Part shown: positions 63,747 to 64,000 of the stretch, one piece after another | Numbering within the stretch: position 1 is the stretch's first letter | Layout: every line of letters begins with the position of its first letter | Source: Mobula hypostoma | Taxonomy: Eukaryota | Length of the DNA stretch: 64,000 bases | Reading direction: 5' to 3' | Assembly (NCBI RefSeq): GCF_963921235.1 | Contig: NC_086097.1 | Location: forward strand, 179,492,001-179,556,000 | Notes under the pieces: generated by a model | Seen by the model: the letters and a program-made list of their open reading frames with translations, nothing else | Told to the model about the DNA's origin: nothing | The model's database searches: none | Translations under genes and position numbers: made by a program

Positions 63747-64000
63747 CTATATTGGAAAGCAAACATCATGTGAATGGAACCAAAATTCACATAAACAACA
63801 CTAACCATAACAAAGACAAAAGAACGACTTATGGATGGAGCTGCAAGTTTTTGCAGAGGGTGTCCCAACAGCGTGATTACTGGAATGATTGTGTGATCAA
63901 TGAGGTGAAACCTAGCTTGGGACAAGATATTGATGGTAGAGTTTTGAACATGTGGAGTTTGTATCCAAGCAAATCGAATGGAGTGCTAAGGAGCACAGCT

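Overview
Eukaryotic, repeat-dense vertebrate DNA. The repeat content (CR1, Rex1/Babar, Penelope-like elements, HE1/V-type SINEs) suggests a cartilaginous fish, probably a ray; this is inference. Host genes: (i) the last coding exon and 3' UTR of OSBPL1A on + (11491-~13040; missed by the ORF track); (ii) a convergent CABYR-like gene on - with four recoverable coding exons (37631-37490, 37321-37268, 32166-31171, 15502-15129; ~521 aa if spliced as modelled) and a candidate CpG-island promoter/first exon near 58.4-58.8 kb; (iii) the terminal exon of an unidentified upstream gene on - (63746-62743) with a coiled coil and 37 pentapeptide S/T-P repeats. The rest is mostly nested, largely decayed mobile elements: a BEL/Pao element split by a Penelope element, a foldback Tc1, many CR1 and Rex1/Babar LINE pieces, and a V-SINE split by a Gypsy element that itself carries an ORF1-only (HAL1-like) L1 insertion. 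The most notable signals are the ORF1-only L1, four minimal hammerhead ribozyme motifs (two in a head-to-head palindrome), a possible CABYR paralogue, a 46-bp target-duplication-like repeat and a minisatellite grown from a SINE A box. No prokaryotic system or CRISPR array is supported. Boundaries of decayed repeats are approximate.
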